Notes under the pieces: generated by a model
What the model was told of the DNA's origin: nothing
Database searches by the model: none
The model's input: only the letters and a program-made list of their open reading frames with translations
Translations under genes and position numbers: made by a program
Shown: one piece after another, positions 13,270 through 23,015 of the stretch
How positions within the stretch are numbered: the stretch's first letter is position 1
Layout of the letters: each line of letters starts with the position of its first letter
Assembly (NCBI GenBank): GCA_964291675.2
Contig: OZ219866.1
Location: 160,001-224,000 of the forward strand
Length of the DNA: 64,000 bases
DNA from: Alphaproteobacteria bacterium
GTDB taxonomy: Bacteria; Pseudomonadota; Alphaproteobacteria; MPNO01
Direction of reading: 5' to 3'

Positions 13270-13754
13270 GACGTCTCCCCGGCCACGTCGAGGATCGCGC
13301 GCACCATGCCCTCATAGCCGGTGCAGCGGCAGATATGGCCCGACAGCATATCGCGCACCTCGTCCTCGGTCGGGTTCGGGTTGGTCTCGAGGAACTGCGT
13401 TGCCGAGATCAGGATTCCCGCCGTGCAGAACCCGCATTGCAGCGCGTGGCGCCGCCGGAACGCCTGCTGCAGCGGGCTCAGCGTGCCGCCATCGGCCAGC
13501 CCCTCGACGGTGCGGATCCGGGCGCCGTCGACCTGCACGGCGAGGCGCAGGCAGGAACGCACCGCGCGCCCGTCGATATCGACCGTGCAGGCGCCGCACA
13601 CGCCGTGCTCGCAGCCGACATGGGTGCCGAACAGTTTTAGCTCGTGGCGCAGAAAATCGCTCAACAGCGTCCGGGATTCGGCGAAGCCGGCACGCGGCCT
13701 GCCGTTCACCGTGACGGCGATACGGTGCCTGGTACCGGGTTTCACCCTCAGCAT
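13266..13754 (-). CDS. hmfC: Molybdo-hydroxylase 2Fe-2S subunit
   Basis: GCEHGVCGACT, QCGFCT, CRCTGY; start MLRVK. Confidence 0.78.
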   Translation of the reverse strand: MLRVKPGTRHRIAVTVNGRPRAGFAESRTLLSDFLRHELKLFGTHVGCEHGVCGACTVDIDGRAVRSCLRLAVQVDGARIRTVEGLADGGTLSPLQQAFRRRHALQCGFCTAGILISATQFLETNPNPTEDEVRDMLSGHICRCTGYEGMVRAILDVAGETS

Positions 13755-14620
13755 GGCGGGACGGCCGCTCTCGCCATGGACCGTTCGAGGACCCGCGCGC
13801 CGAGCACCCGGACGAGCTGGCGCCGGTAGGCGGCGCTCGCCTTGGGGTCCTCGATCGGGTCGACCCGGTCCGCCGCCAGCGCCGCGGCCTCGGCGGCGGT
13901 CGCGGGCGTCGCCGGCGCGCCGGCGAAATCCGCGAGATCCGCAAGCCGCGGACGGTCCTCGACGCCGCCGAGGCCGAGCGACAGCGCCGCGACGGTGCCG
14001 CCGGCGCCGACGGCCGCCGACGCCGCGACCGCGGCGATCGCGAAATCGCCGTGGCGCTGGGCGATCTCGGCGAACGCATGGCCGGCCCCTTTCCCGCGGC
14101 GTGGCCAGCGCAGCGCGGTTACGATCTCTTCGGGCTCGCGCGCGGTAACGAATATGCCCTCGAAGAAGTCTTCCGCCGGCACGGTCCGCACGCGGTCCTT
14201 GCGCCGCAGCGCGATCTCGCCCCCGAGCGTCAGCAGCGCCAGCGGGATCTCGGCGCTCGGGTCGGCGTGGCAGACCGAGCCGCCCAGCGTTCCCCGGTTG
14301 CGCGTCTGGAAATGCCCGACGAAGGGTAGCACCTCGGCGAGCAGGGGCACGGCGTCGCGGAGCCATCCGCAGCCGAGCGCGTCGACCTGGCGGCAGAGCG
14401 CGCCGGTCTCGACCCCGCCGTCGGCTTCCCGGATGCCGGCGAGCGCCGCGACCGGGTTGATGTCGACGACGGCGGCGGGTCTCGCCAGCCGCATGTTGAG
14501 CATCGGGCCGAGCGACATCCCCCCGGCAAGCACCGAGGCCTCGGCGCCGAACTCCGCCATCAGCTCCAGCGCCTCGTCGAGCGTATCGGCCCGGCAGTAT
14601 TCGAACGGCGCGGGCTTCAC
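13748..14620 (-). CDS. hmfB: Molybdo-hydroxylase FAD subunit
   Basis: VKPAPFEY, AGGMSL, RNRGTLGGS, RHGDFA. Confidence 0.78.
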   Translation of the reverse strand: MKPAPFEYCRADTLDEALELMAEFGAEASVLAGGMSLGPMLNMRLARPAAVVDINPVAALAGIREADGGVETGALCRQVDALGCGWLRDAVPLLAEVLPFVGHFQTRNRGTLGGSVCHADPSAEIPLALLTLGGEIALRRKDRVRTVPAEDFFEGIFVTAREPEEIVTALRWPRRGKGAGHAFAEIAQRHGDFAIAAVAASAAVGAGGTVAALSLGLGGVEDRPRLADLADFAGAPATPATAAEAAALAADRVDPIEDPKASAAYRRQLVRVLGARVLERSMARAAVPPC

Positions 14621-17028
14621 CCGGCACCCCCGGCTTCGGCCGCCAGCTCCCACAGCCTGTTCAGGGTGAACGGCGGCTCGACATCCTCGCGCCCGAGCGC
14701 GTCGGCGACCGCGTTGGCGATTGCCGTCGGCGCCAGCATCGAACAGCCGTCGCCCATCCCCTTGGCGCCGAGCGCGGTGTGCGGCGAGGGCGTGTCGACA
14801 TGGCCGATGGTGAGCTTCGGCATCTCGGGCGCGGTGATGCAGAGATAGTCGGCGAAGCTGCCCGAAAGCGGGTTGCCGTCGGCGTCGTAGACCATCTCCT
14901 CCATCAGCGCGCCGGCGATGCCGTGGGCGAACCCGCCGACGATCTGACCCTCCACGATCAGCGGGTTGAGCTGGGCGCCGACATCGTGCACCGAGACGTA
15001 TTTCCGGACCTCGATTCGGCCGGTGCCGGGATCGATCTCGACCGCCGCGAGGTCGCAGATGAAGCCGAAGGTTACCGCCGAGGCCACCCGGTCCTGCTCG
15101 TCGGGCGGGCCGAGCTCGGGCGGCGACAGGATCGCCGTCTCGAAGACACCCGGCGCCATGCCGTCGGGGAGCCCGGCCGGGTGCCAGTGGGTCTTGGCGG
15201 CGACGCGGCGGAAGGGCAGCGATTTTTCCGGCACGCCCACCACCCGGGCGGCGCCGCCGGCGAGCTCGACATCCTCGGCCGCGACCTCGAGGTCCTCGGC
15301 GGCGACCTTGCGGATCTTCTCGGCGACCGACCGCGCCGCCTCGCCGATGGCGTCGACCACCACCGAGGAGAACCGGTTCGCGTAGTTGCCCGAGGCGAGC
15401 GACCAGGCGCCGGTCAGCGTGTCGATCTCGGTCACCACGTCGATGTCGTCGGGCGCAAGCCCGAGCGCATCCGCCGTCACCTGCGCCGCGACCGTGGCGT
15501 GGCCCTGCCCGGCCGGGGTGGAGACCGTCTTTACGGTCACCGAGCCGGACGGGTCGATGGAGATCGTGCAGGTGCCGAGCCCGCCCGACCGGCCGCCCGC
15601 GCGGGCGCGCTCCTCGGGCGTCTGTGCGAGCGTGACATAGGCCATGTTGGAGCCCGAGGGCTCGACCGCCGCCGCCAGGCCGATGCCGAACGGCCTTCCC
15701 TCGGCCTTCGCCCGGTCGCGCTCGGCGCGGAGCGCGTCGTAGCCGGCGAGCTCCAGCGTCTTGTCGAGCGCCGCCTCGTAGTCGCCCGCGTCGTAGAGCG
15801 CCCCGGCCGGCGCGCGGTAGGGGAAGGCGTCGCGGGGCACGAAGTTGCGCCGCCTGATCTCGGCGATGTCGATGCCGAGCGCGCGGGCGCCGGCGTCCAT
15901 CGCCCGCTCCAGCGCGAAGAAGAACTGCGGACCGCCATAGCCCCGGTTGAGGCCGATCGGCAGGCGGTTGGTGGTCACCAGCCGATTGTTCACAGCGATG
16001 TCGCGCACCCGGTACGCGCCGTTCGACGCCGAGTGCATGCGATAGACCGAGGCGGGCTCGGGCGCGCGGATATAGGCGCCGACATCGACCGTGTTGCGGA
16101 AGCGGAGCCCGGTCAGCGTGCCGTCGCTGCGGAACGCGGCCTCGACGGCGTCCTCGCGGTTCGACGCGGAGGAGGAGCCCACCAGATGCTCGAGCCGGTC
16201 CTCGATCCACTTGAGCGGCACTTCCAGCAGGCGGCTCGCCGCGGCGAGCAGCACCAGATAGGGGTACATGCCCTGCTTGATGCCGAAGCTGCCGCCGCTC
16301 TGCGGCGCGGTGATCAGGCGCAGCCGGTTGCCCGGCACGCCGAGCGCGCCCGCCATCAGCGCGTGCAGGATGAACGGCCCCTGAAAGTTGGACCAGATCG
16401 TGTAGCGGTCGGGCGCCGGCTCGAACTGCGCGACGGCGCCGTAGGTTTCCATCGGCGTCGAGGAATAGCGCGGGAAGGTCCAGTCCAGCCGGACGATGCG
16501 GTCGGCCTCGGCGAAGGCGGTCTCCGGGTCGCCGTAGCGGAATTCGCGGTGGTGGACGACGTTGGAGCCGACGGCCTCGTGCAGCAATGCCGCGTCGTGT
16601 TCCATCGCCGCCTTCAGGTCGATGACGGGCGGCAGCGGCCGGTAATCCACCTCGATGAGTTCGAGCGCGTCCTCGGCGACGTAGCGGTCGTCGGCGGCGA
16701 CCAGGGCGACCGGCTCGCCGGCATAGCGCACCTTCTCGAGCGCGATGGGGTAGTAGTCGATGGGCACCCTGACGGCGCTCGGGATCGGCCCGATGGCGGC
16801 GGCGATTTGGGCGCCGGTCAGCACGCCGTGGACGCCGGGATGCGCGGCTGCGCGGGCCACGTCGACCGAGCGGATTTCGGCATGGGCGTGCGGCGAGCGC
16901 AGCAGGGCGGCGTGGCGGATGCCGGGCACCGGCTCCATGTCGTCGATGAACCGCGCGTGCCCGGTGAGGAGCGCCTCGTCCTCCTTGCGCGGGACCGGAG
17001 CCCCGACCCAGCCTTCGCCCGCGCTCAT
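14617..17028 (-). CDS. hmfA: Molybdo-hydroxylase large (molybdopterin) subunit, 2-furoyl-CoA dehydrogenase-like
   Basis: LRSPHAHA, GGSFGIKQ, GAYIRAPEPA, NRGYGGPQ, GQGHAT, GAKGMG. Confidence 0.78.
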   Translation of the reverse strand: MSAGEGWVGAPVPRKEDEALLTGHARFIDDMEPVPGIRHAALLRSPHAHAEIRSVDVARAAAHPGVHGVLTGAQIAAAIGPIPSAVRVPIDYYPIALEKVRYAGEPVALVAADDRYVAEDALELIEVDYRPLPPVIDLKAAMEHDAALLHEAVGSNVVHHREFRYGDPETAFAEADRIVRLDWTFPRYSSTPMETYGAVAQFEPAPDRYTIWSNFQGPFILHALMAGALGVPGNRLRLITAPQSGGSFGIKQGMYPYLVLLAAASRLLEVPLKWIEDRLEHLVGSSSASNREDAVEAAFRSDGTLTGLRFRNTVDVGAYIRAPEPASVYRMHSASNGAYRVRDIAVNNRLVTTNRLPIGLNRGYGGPQFFFALERAMDAGARALGIDIAEIRRRNFVPRDAFPYRAPAGALYDAGDYEAALDKTLELAGYDALRAERDRAKAEGRPFGIGLAAAVEPSGSNMAYVTLAQTPEERARAGGRSGGLGTCTISIDPSGSVTVKTVSTPAGQGHATVAAQVTADALGLAPDDIDVVTEIDTLTGAWSLASGNYANRFSSVVVDAIGEAARSVAEKIRKVAAEDLEVAAEDVELAGGAARVVGVPEKSLPFRRVAAKTHWHPAGLPDGMAPGVFETAILSPPELGPPDEQDRVASAVTFGFICDLAAVEIDPGTGRIEVRKYVSVHDVGAQLNPLIVEGQIVGGFAHGIAGALMEEMVYDADGNPLSGSFADYLCITAPEMPKLTIGHVDTPSPHTALGAKGMGDGCSMLAPTAIANAVADALGREDVEPPFTLNRLWELAAEAGGAG

Positions 17029-17582
17029 CTTGCGTTGAGAGCCTCCGCCGTCGCCAGGTAGTCCTCGATCATGCCGCGCAGCATGCTGGCGAGCGCGTCG
17101 TTGCCGAGCTTGCCGTCCTCGCCATAGGCCTGGCCCGCCTGGGCGAGTGCGAACACCTTGGGGTAGACCCAGCAGCCCAGCACTTCGAGCGGCAGGCGGA
17201 GGCTCATCAGCCCGCGCGCGCCGCCGACCAGCGACGGCGAGGCCGAGAGCAGCAGCGCCGACTTGCGGTCCAGCGGCACCGGCTGCATGCGGGACAGCCA
17301 GTCGATCGCGTTCTTGATGGTTCCGGGCGCCCCCCAGTTGTATTCCGGCGAGGCGAGCAGCCAGGCATCGGCGCCGGCGATGCGCGCACCGAGCGCCTCG
17401 GCGCCGGCGGGAACGCCCGATTCCTCCTGCAGGTCGCCATCGTAGAGCGGGATGTCGAAGTCGCGGAACTCGGCGTGGTCGACCTGGTGACCGCATTCGC
17501 GGACAATGTCCTCGGCGAGCAAGAGGAGGCGCCGGTTGATCGAGTCCTTCCTGAACGACGCGGCGAGCCCGAATACCTTCAT
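17025..17582 (-). CDS. NADPH-dependent FMN reductase
   Basis: SFRKDSIN, SPEYNWG, KNAIDWLSR. Confidence 0.85.
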   Translation of the reverse strand: MKVFGLAASFRKDSINRRLLLLAEDIVRECGHQVDHAEFRDFDIPLYDGDLQEESGVPAGAEALGARIAGADAWLLASPEYNWGAPGTIKNAIDWLSRMQPVPLDRKSALLLSASPSLVGGARGLMSLRLPLEVLGCWVYPKVFALAQAGQAYGEDGKLGNDALASMLRGMIEDYLATAEALNAR

Positions 17583-17614
17583 GTCGCGAATGTCCTCCCT
17601 GGCGGCGCGGCCGG

Positions 17615-18115
17615 ATGCCGGCGGCAGAACATAGCGACGGCGCGCAGGGCGGTCCACGCCCGCCCCGGCGCGAAATCTCCATCCGGGACGCGGACGGGCC
17701 GGCCGGCATGGCCGCCTGTCTCGCCATCCGCCGGGAGGTCTTCTGCGTCGAGCAGGGGGTGTCCGAAGAGCTCGAAATCGACGGCCGGGACCCGGAATGC
17801 CGGCATTTTCTCCTGCGCCTGGACGGGCGCGCGGTCGGCACCGCGCGCGTCCGCCCGCTCGAGCCCGGCGTCGCCAAGATCGAGCGCGTCGCCATCCTCG
17901 CCCGCCATCGCGGCGGCGGGCTCGGCAGCGCGCTGATGCGCCATTTGCTGCGGCAGCTCGACGATGCGGGCTGCGCCACCGCGCTGCTCCACGCCCAGGC
18001 GCATAGCGAGACCTTCTACCGCGCGCTCGGCTTCGCGACCGAGGGCGCGCCCTTCGAGGAGGCCGGGATCCCGCATGTCCGCATGACCCGCAAATCCCCG
18101 CCACCGGGGAATTGA
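17615..18115 (+). CDS. GNAT acetyltransferase (ElaA/YjcF-like); start uncertain
   Basis: RREVFCVEQGV, RGGGLG, LHAQ, FEEAGIPH. Confidence 0.82.
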   Translation: MPAAEHSDGAQGGPRPPRREISIRDADGPAGMAACLAIRREVFCVEQGVSEELEIDGRDPECRHFLLRLDGRAVGTARVRPLEPGVAKIERVAILARHRGGGLGSALMRHLLRQLDDAGCATALLHAQAHSETFYRALGFATEGAPFEEAGIPHVRMTRKSPPPGN

Positions 18116-18191
18116 GTCGCGGGGCCTGATTTGGTCTGATGGGGAATCGCCAGGGGCCGGCACGGGACCGGCGCAGACAAGGAGATGGACG

Positions 18192-19205
18192 ATGACAGGC
18201 TTCAAGTGGCTGGCCGTTGCGGCGGCCGGCATTCTGACGGCGGGCGGCGCGCTGGCGCAGAGCCCGGCCGATTTCTACAAGGACCGCCAGGTGACCATCC
18301 TGCACGGATTCGGCGTCGGCGGGACCTACGGCAAGACCTCGCTGTCGCTGGCCGAGGCGCTCAAGCCGCTCCTGGGCACGGATTCGATCATCGTCCAGAA
18401 CCGGACCGGCAGCGGCGGGCTGAAGATGACCAACTACGCCTACAACGTCGCGCCGAAGGACGGCTCGGTCCTGCTGATGCTGCCCGACACCCTGGTCGTC
18501 ACCCAGCTCACCCGCCCCAAGGCGGCGAAGTACGAGGCCGACAAGTTCACCTTCATCGGCGGCGCGCTCAAGGTGAACTCGCTGATGGCGGTCAGGAGCG
18601 ACACCGGCGTCAAGCAGTGGACCGACCTCAAGACCACGGAAGTGCCCTTCGCCTCCTCCGGCGTCGGCTCGCAGACCTACCAGGTCCCGGCGATCGTCAA
18701 CGGCCTGCTCGGCACCAGGATCAAGATCGTCAAGGGCTATCGCGGCTCGCGCAAGATGCTGCTGGCGATGGAGCAAGGCGAGGTCTCGGGCGTCAACTTC
18801 ACCTGGCTCGCCTTCAAGACAAACCGCGAGGTGTGGTTCAAGAACGGCTTCGCGGTGCCGCTGATCCAGATGGGGCCGGAGCCCGAGGCGGAGCTCGCCA
18901 ACGTGCCGATGCTCAAGGACCTGGTGGCCGCCGAGGACCGGCCGATCATCGGCTTCATGTCGACCCTGGTCGCCATCGGCCGCAGCCTCGCCGTCGCGCC
19001 GGGCGTCCCGCAGGACAGGATCGCCTTCCTGCGCGGGGCCTTCGCCAAGGCCGTCGCCACGCCCGCTTTCGCGGCCTCGATGAAGAAGAGCAAGCTCAGG
19101 GTCACCCCGAGCACGGGCGAGGAGATCCAGAAGGTGGTCAACGACAGCCTCAAGATCGACGACGCGACCCTTGCCAAGGCGCGCAAGCTGCTGGCCAGCA
19201 AGTAG
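18192..19205 (+). CDS. Tripartite tricarboxylate transporter substrate-binding protein (Bug/TctC family)
   Basis: Signal peptide, ADFYK, GGTY, APKDG, GYRG. Confidence 0.85.
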   Translation: MTGFKWLAVAAAGILTAGGALAQSPADFYKDRQVTILHGFGVGGTYGKTSLSLAEALKPLLGTDSIIVQNRTGSGGLKMTNYAYNVAPKDGSVLLMLPDTLVVTQLTRPKAAKYEADKFTFIGGALKVNSLMAVRSDTGVKQWTDLKTTEVPFASSGVGSQTYQVPAIVNGLLGTRIKIVKGYRGSRKMLLAMEQGEVSGVNFTWLAFKTNREVWFKNGFAVPLIQMGPEPEAELANVPMLKDLVAAEDRPIIGFMSTLVAIGRSLAVAPGVPQDRIAFLRGAFAKAVATPAFAASMKKSKLRVTPSTGEEIQKVVNDSLKIDDATLAKARKLLASK

Positions 19206-19366
19206 CCGCGCGTCCGTTTCGTACCGGGACGCCCCGGCCCCGCCGGGCCGGGGCGCCCCGTCCGCCCCGCCGTCGGCAGCACGCGCTTGCGGGGCCTATA
19301 CCTCCCCAAAAAGGAAACGATGGGCGGGCCTCTTCCCCGCGCCCCGCGCCGTGCCATATAGCTGGT

Positions 19367-19765
19367 ATGGACGGGCAGCTGACAACCATCGACGGACCCT
19401 TCGGAATGGACCGCGACCCGACCGTCAACCGGGAGAAGCTGGAAGCGGACGAGGCGGTGGTCCGCGGCGGTTTCCGCCGCAAGCTGCGCACGACGCTCGG
19501 CAAGGTGCCGTTCCTGGAAGACGCGGTGGCCGCGTTCTACTGCGCGGTCGACGGCGACACCCCGCTCTACGTCAAGGCGATGCTGATGGGCGCGATCGCC
19601 TATTTCATCACCCCGACCGACGTCATCCCGGACTTCATCGCCGGCCTCGGATATACCGACGACGCGGCGGTGCTGATGGCGGCGATCAGGGCGGTCGGAA
19701 GCAGCCTGAAGCCGGTGCACCGCGAGCGCGCCCGGCGGGTCCTCTCCGAGATGGGCGAGGAGTAG
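19367..19765 (+). CDS. YkvA/DUF1232 family protein
   Basis: AIAYFITPTDVIPDFIAGLGYTDD. Confidence 0.85.
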   Translation: MDGQLTTIDGPFGMDRDPTVNREKLEADEAVVRGGFRRKLRTTLGKVPFLEDAVAAFYCAVDGDTPLYVKAMLMGAIAYFITPTDVIPDFIAGLGYTDDAAVLMAAIRAVGSSLKPVHRERARRVLSEMGEE

Positions 19766-19808
19766 CGGCCTTCTGGACACCGCCACGGGCGGACTCCATC
19801 ATCCGCCG

Positions 19809-21857
19809 ATGCCGCCTCCCCCGCTCTCGCGCCTGTTCGATCCGCGTTCCATTGCCGTGGTCGGAGCGTCGGCGAACGAGGACAAGCCGGGGTTCCAGAT
19901 CCTGCGCGCCCTCGCCCCTTTCCGCGGCGCGGTGCATGCGGTCAATCCGCGCGGCGGCACCATCCTCGGCAACACGGTCTATCGGAGCATCGCCGCGGTG
20001 CCCGGGCCGGTCGACCTGGTGGCCCTGGTGCTCCCGGCGGAACCCTCGCCCGGCGTGCTGCGCGAGGCCGCGGAGATCGGCGCCGGCGCCGCCTTCATGG
20101 TGAGCGGCGGGTTCGGCGAGACCGGCGCCGAGGGCGCCGCGCTCGAGAGCGAGACCGCGCGCGTCTGCCGCGAGGGCGGGATCCGGCTTCTCGGGCCCAA
20201 CACGTCGGGTTTCCTGCGCCCCTCGCGCGGGCTCGCCTGCACCTTCCTGCCGGCGGCGAGCGAGATCCGCGCGGGGCCGATCGGCATCGTCGCCCAGTCG
20301 GGCGGCATCAACCTCACCCTGGCGATGATGGCCGACGCGGCCGGGCTCGGGGTCAGCCTTGCCGTGGGGCTCGGCAACGCGGCCGATGTCGGGCTGGCGG
20401 AGACGCTGGGCTACGCGGCCGCCGACCCGGAAACGCGGGCGATCGTCCTCCATGTCGAAGGGGTGGAGCAGGGCCGCGCCCTGTTCGACGCGGTCAGGCA
20501 AACGGTCCCGATCAAGCCAGTGGTCGCGCTCCCGGTCGGCAAGGCGGATCTCGGCGACTTCGCCCAATCCCATACCGGCGCGCTGATGGGGAGCTGGCGC
20601 CTCACCCGGTCGGCGCTCCGCCAGGCCGGCGCGGTCGTGGTCGAGACCCTCGACGACGCGCTGGACGCGGCCCACGCGCTGTCGCTCGCCAGGCTCCGCC
20701 CGGCGCGCGACCCGGGCGTCGGCGTGCTGACCGGACAGGCGGGGCCCGGGCTGCTGATGACCGACACGCTGAGGCAGGCGGGGGTCCCTGTGCCCGGGAT
20801 CGCGCCGGCGACCCTGGCGCGGATCGAAGCCGCGCTGCCCCCGCTCACCTACATGAGGAACCCGGTCGATACCGGGCGTCCCGGCAAATCCTTCGGGACC
20901 GTGCTCGACGCGCTCGCGGCCGACGACGCCGTCGATGCCGTCCTCGCCTACGCGCTGATCGAGGGCGGCGCGCTCGACATGGGCGGGGCCGTGGCTCGCG
21001 CCGCCGGGGCTGCGCAAAAGCCGGTGCTGTTCGCCACCCAGGGCGTGCCCGCCGAGACGGCGCCGCTGACCGCCCGGCTGCGCGCCGCCGGCATCCCGGT
21101 CTTCCTCGCGCCCGACCGGGCCGCCCGCGCGATGGCCGCGCTGGTCGCCGATGCGCGCGCCCGGGCCGAACCGTTCGAGGGCGCCGCCGCGCCCCACGCC
21201 GCCGACGGGGCGAGGCCGCCGCTCGCCTTCCCGATCGGCGAGGACGCGGCGAAAGCGCTCGTCGCCACCTACGGCATCCCGACGCCGCGGCGGCGCGCCT
21301 GCCGCGGCCGCGCCGAGGCCGAGGCGGCGCGGGCGGCGATGGAGGCGCCGGTGGTGGCCAAGACGCTCGACCCCGCGATCCTTCACAAATCGGATGTCGG
21401 CGGCGTCCATCTCGGGATCGACACCGCCGAGGCGCTGGAGCTCGCGCTGGATGCCATCGACCGGGTCTCGGATGCCGGCTACCTGATCGAGGCGATGGCG
21501 CCGGACGGGCTCGACCTCATCCTCGGCGCGCGCAACGATGCGAGCTTCGGCCCGACGGTGCTGCTCGGCCTCGGCGGCATCGCGGCCGAGGCCGTGGACG
21601 ACGTCGCGGTGGCGCTCGCCCCGCTCGGCCCGGGCGAGGTCGACCGGATGATCGACTCGCTCGCCGGGAGCGCGCTGTTCGGCCCCTGGCGCGGCGCCCC
21701 CGCGCCGGACCGGGCGGCGATACGCGACGCCGCGATCGCGCTCTCGCGCCTGATCGCCGAACACCCGGAGATCGAAGAGATCGACCTCAACCCCGTCCGG
21801 GTGTTCCCGCAGGGCCTGCTCGCGCTCGATGCATTGATCGTGCCGCGGCGGGATTAG
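19809..21857 (+). CDS. NDP-forming acyl-CoA synthetase (acetate-CoA ligase family, alpha/beta fused)
   Basis: IAVVGAS, LLGPN, AQSGG, SHTGAL, HKSDVGGV, EIDLNP. Confidence 0.88.
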   Translation: MPPPPLSRLFDPRSIAVVGASANEDKPGFQILRALAPFRGAVHAVNPRGGTILGNTVYRSIAAVPGPVDLVALVLPAEPSPGVLREAAEIGAGAAFMVSGGFGETGAEGAALESETARVCREGGIRLLGPNTSGFLRPSRGLACTFLPAASEIRAGPIGIVAQSGGINLTLAMMADAAGLGVSLAVGLGNAADVGLAETLGYAAADPETRAIVLHVEGVEQGRALFDAVRQTVPIKPVVALPVGKADLGDFAQSHTGALMGSWRLTRSALRQAGAVVVETLDDALDAAHALSLARLRPARDPGVGVLTGQAGPGLLMTDTLRQAGVPVPGIAPATLARIEAALPPLTYMRNPVDTGRPGKSFGTVLDALAADDAVDAVLAYALIEGGALDMGGAVARAAGAAQKPVLFATQGVPAETAPLTARLRAAGIPVFLAPDRAARAMAALVADARARAEPFEGAAAPHAADGARPPLAFPIGEDAAKALVATYGIPTPRRRACRGRAEAEAARAAMEAPVVAKTLDPAILHKSDVGGVHLGIDTAEALELALDAIDRVSDAGYLIEAMAPDGLDLILGARNDASFGPTVLLGLGGIAAEAVDDVAVALAPLGPGEVDRMIDSLAGSALFGPWRGAPAPDRAAIRDAAIALSRLIAEHPEIEEIDLNPVRVFPQGLLALDALIVPRRD

Positions 21858-21927
21858 CCCCGCGATTCGCGAAATAGCGTGCCGTCGGACCTGCGAAGTT
21901 TCATCCGCCCCGGCTTTCCTCCCACGC

Positions 21928-22021
21928 CGTCATGCCCGGACTTGTTCTGGGTATCTCTCCCGACCGATTGCCTTGCGGCTGCCGGGCGGCGTGGACGACC
22001 GGAACCAGTCGGGCCATGACG
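21928..22021. repeat. REP-like palindrome, family B (GTCATGCCCGG..CCATGAC), degenerate
   Basis: Resembles the near-perfect copy at 57140-57274. Confidence 0.6.
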
Positions 22022-22071
22022 CGGTGCGAACGGGGCACGAAAGCGCACGAATTTCGGAACCAAGCGACTAA

Positions 22072-22749
22072 TCACACGGTCGGCAACTCTCCGCCTAGTT
22101 GTCTGATCTTGCTTTCGATTTTGTCGATCTCCGGTTGCTGCTCGTCATCTGGAATACTGTCCCCGCGCAACAAGAATAGAGCTTCCAAATACGCGTCGCA
22201 GGCCCTCTTTTTCTGTCCCTTGAATTCTAGTTTCTCTGCGCGTTCAATCTCGATGTTCAGCCGTAGGGTATCCAGTTCCTTCCTGACTTTGGTCTCTGCT
22301 GCAGCCAAGTCCCTGGTAAAGGCAACTTCCGAATAGATAGAACTGATGTTTTCCAGCAGCTTGCTGTAGCCGCGAGTTTTCGCAGCGGGAGTTGTCGCTG
22401 CGTCCGACTTAGCGCGCGCCGCCGACATCTCGCGGTCAATCCAGTTCAGCACGCCAGATCGACGGGCAGCCTCGATGTCTTCGATCAATGCGCTAGGTGC
22501 TGGATCCGTCGTTCGGATTCCCTTCCCTTCATATTTCAAGAGTTGGCGGCATCCATTCTCTGCGACGCTCAACCTGGACAACATGGTGTCGAGTTTCTTG
22601 GTCGCGGACGCAATGTCCAAGCTTTGGTTGACCACACGGGTCGCTGAGGAAACTTCGGAAGCAACGGCCACGGCGCATGGTTCGCACAATCCGTCGCGGG
22701 TGGTCTTCAGGAACCATCCAGAATCATTGCACAGTAAGCACTTGGCCAT
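22072..22749 (-). CDS. Hypothetical protein with N-terminal CxxC..CxxC, lower GC
   Basis: GAGGAGG RBS before MAKCLLC; visibly AT-richer codon usage than its flanks. Confidence 0.7.
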   Translation of the reverse strand: MAKCLLCNDSGWFLKTTRDGLCEPCAVAVASEVSSATRVVNQSLDIASATKKLDTMLSRLSVAENGCRQLLKYEGKGIRTTDPAPSALIEDIEAARRSGVLNWIDREMSAARAKSDAATTPAAKTRGYSKLLENISSIYSEVAFTRDLAAAETKVRKELDTLRLNIEIERAEKLEFKGQKKRACDAYLEALFLLRGDSIPDDEQQPEIDKIESKIRQLGGELPTV

Positions 22750-23015
22750 TTTCCGCCTCCTCGTTCTCAACGGCCGCGCACATCGCATAATCTAACCGAA
22801 TGATGTCATGCCAGCGAGTGCTATGTGTGTCCAGTGTTCCGCTTTGTGTTTCAACCGGAGATTCTGGCGTGCGGACCCGATCAGGGATACCTGATCGGCC
22901 GTGTCGTCTTTTCATGGGTCGTGACAGAATGTTCACTGGGCGGGCAAGCTAGTCCGGCCCCGCCAAACCGGCTATCTTCCGGACAAACCGCGATTCACGC
23001 GGGCGGAGACGCACC

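Noticed and set aside
14617-17979. Apparent long fusions or N-terminal extensions (1120, 820, 647, 593 aa ORFs)
   Set aside because: Upstream in-frame extensions overlap other genes; family homology begins at internal starts.
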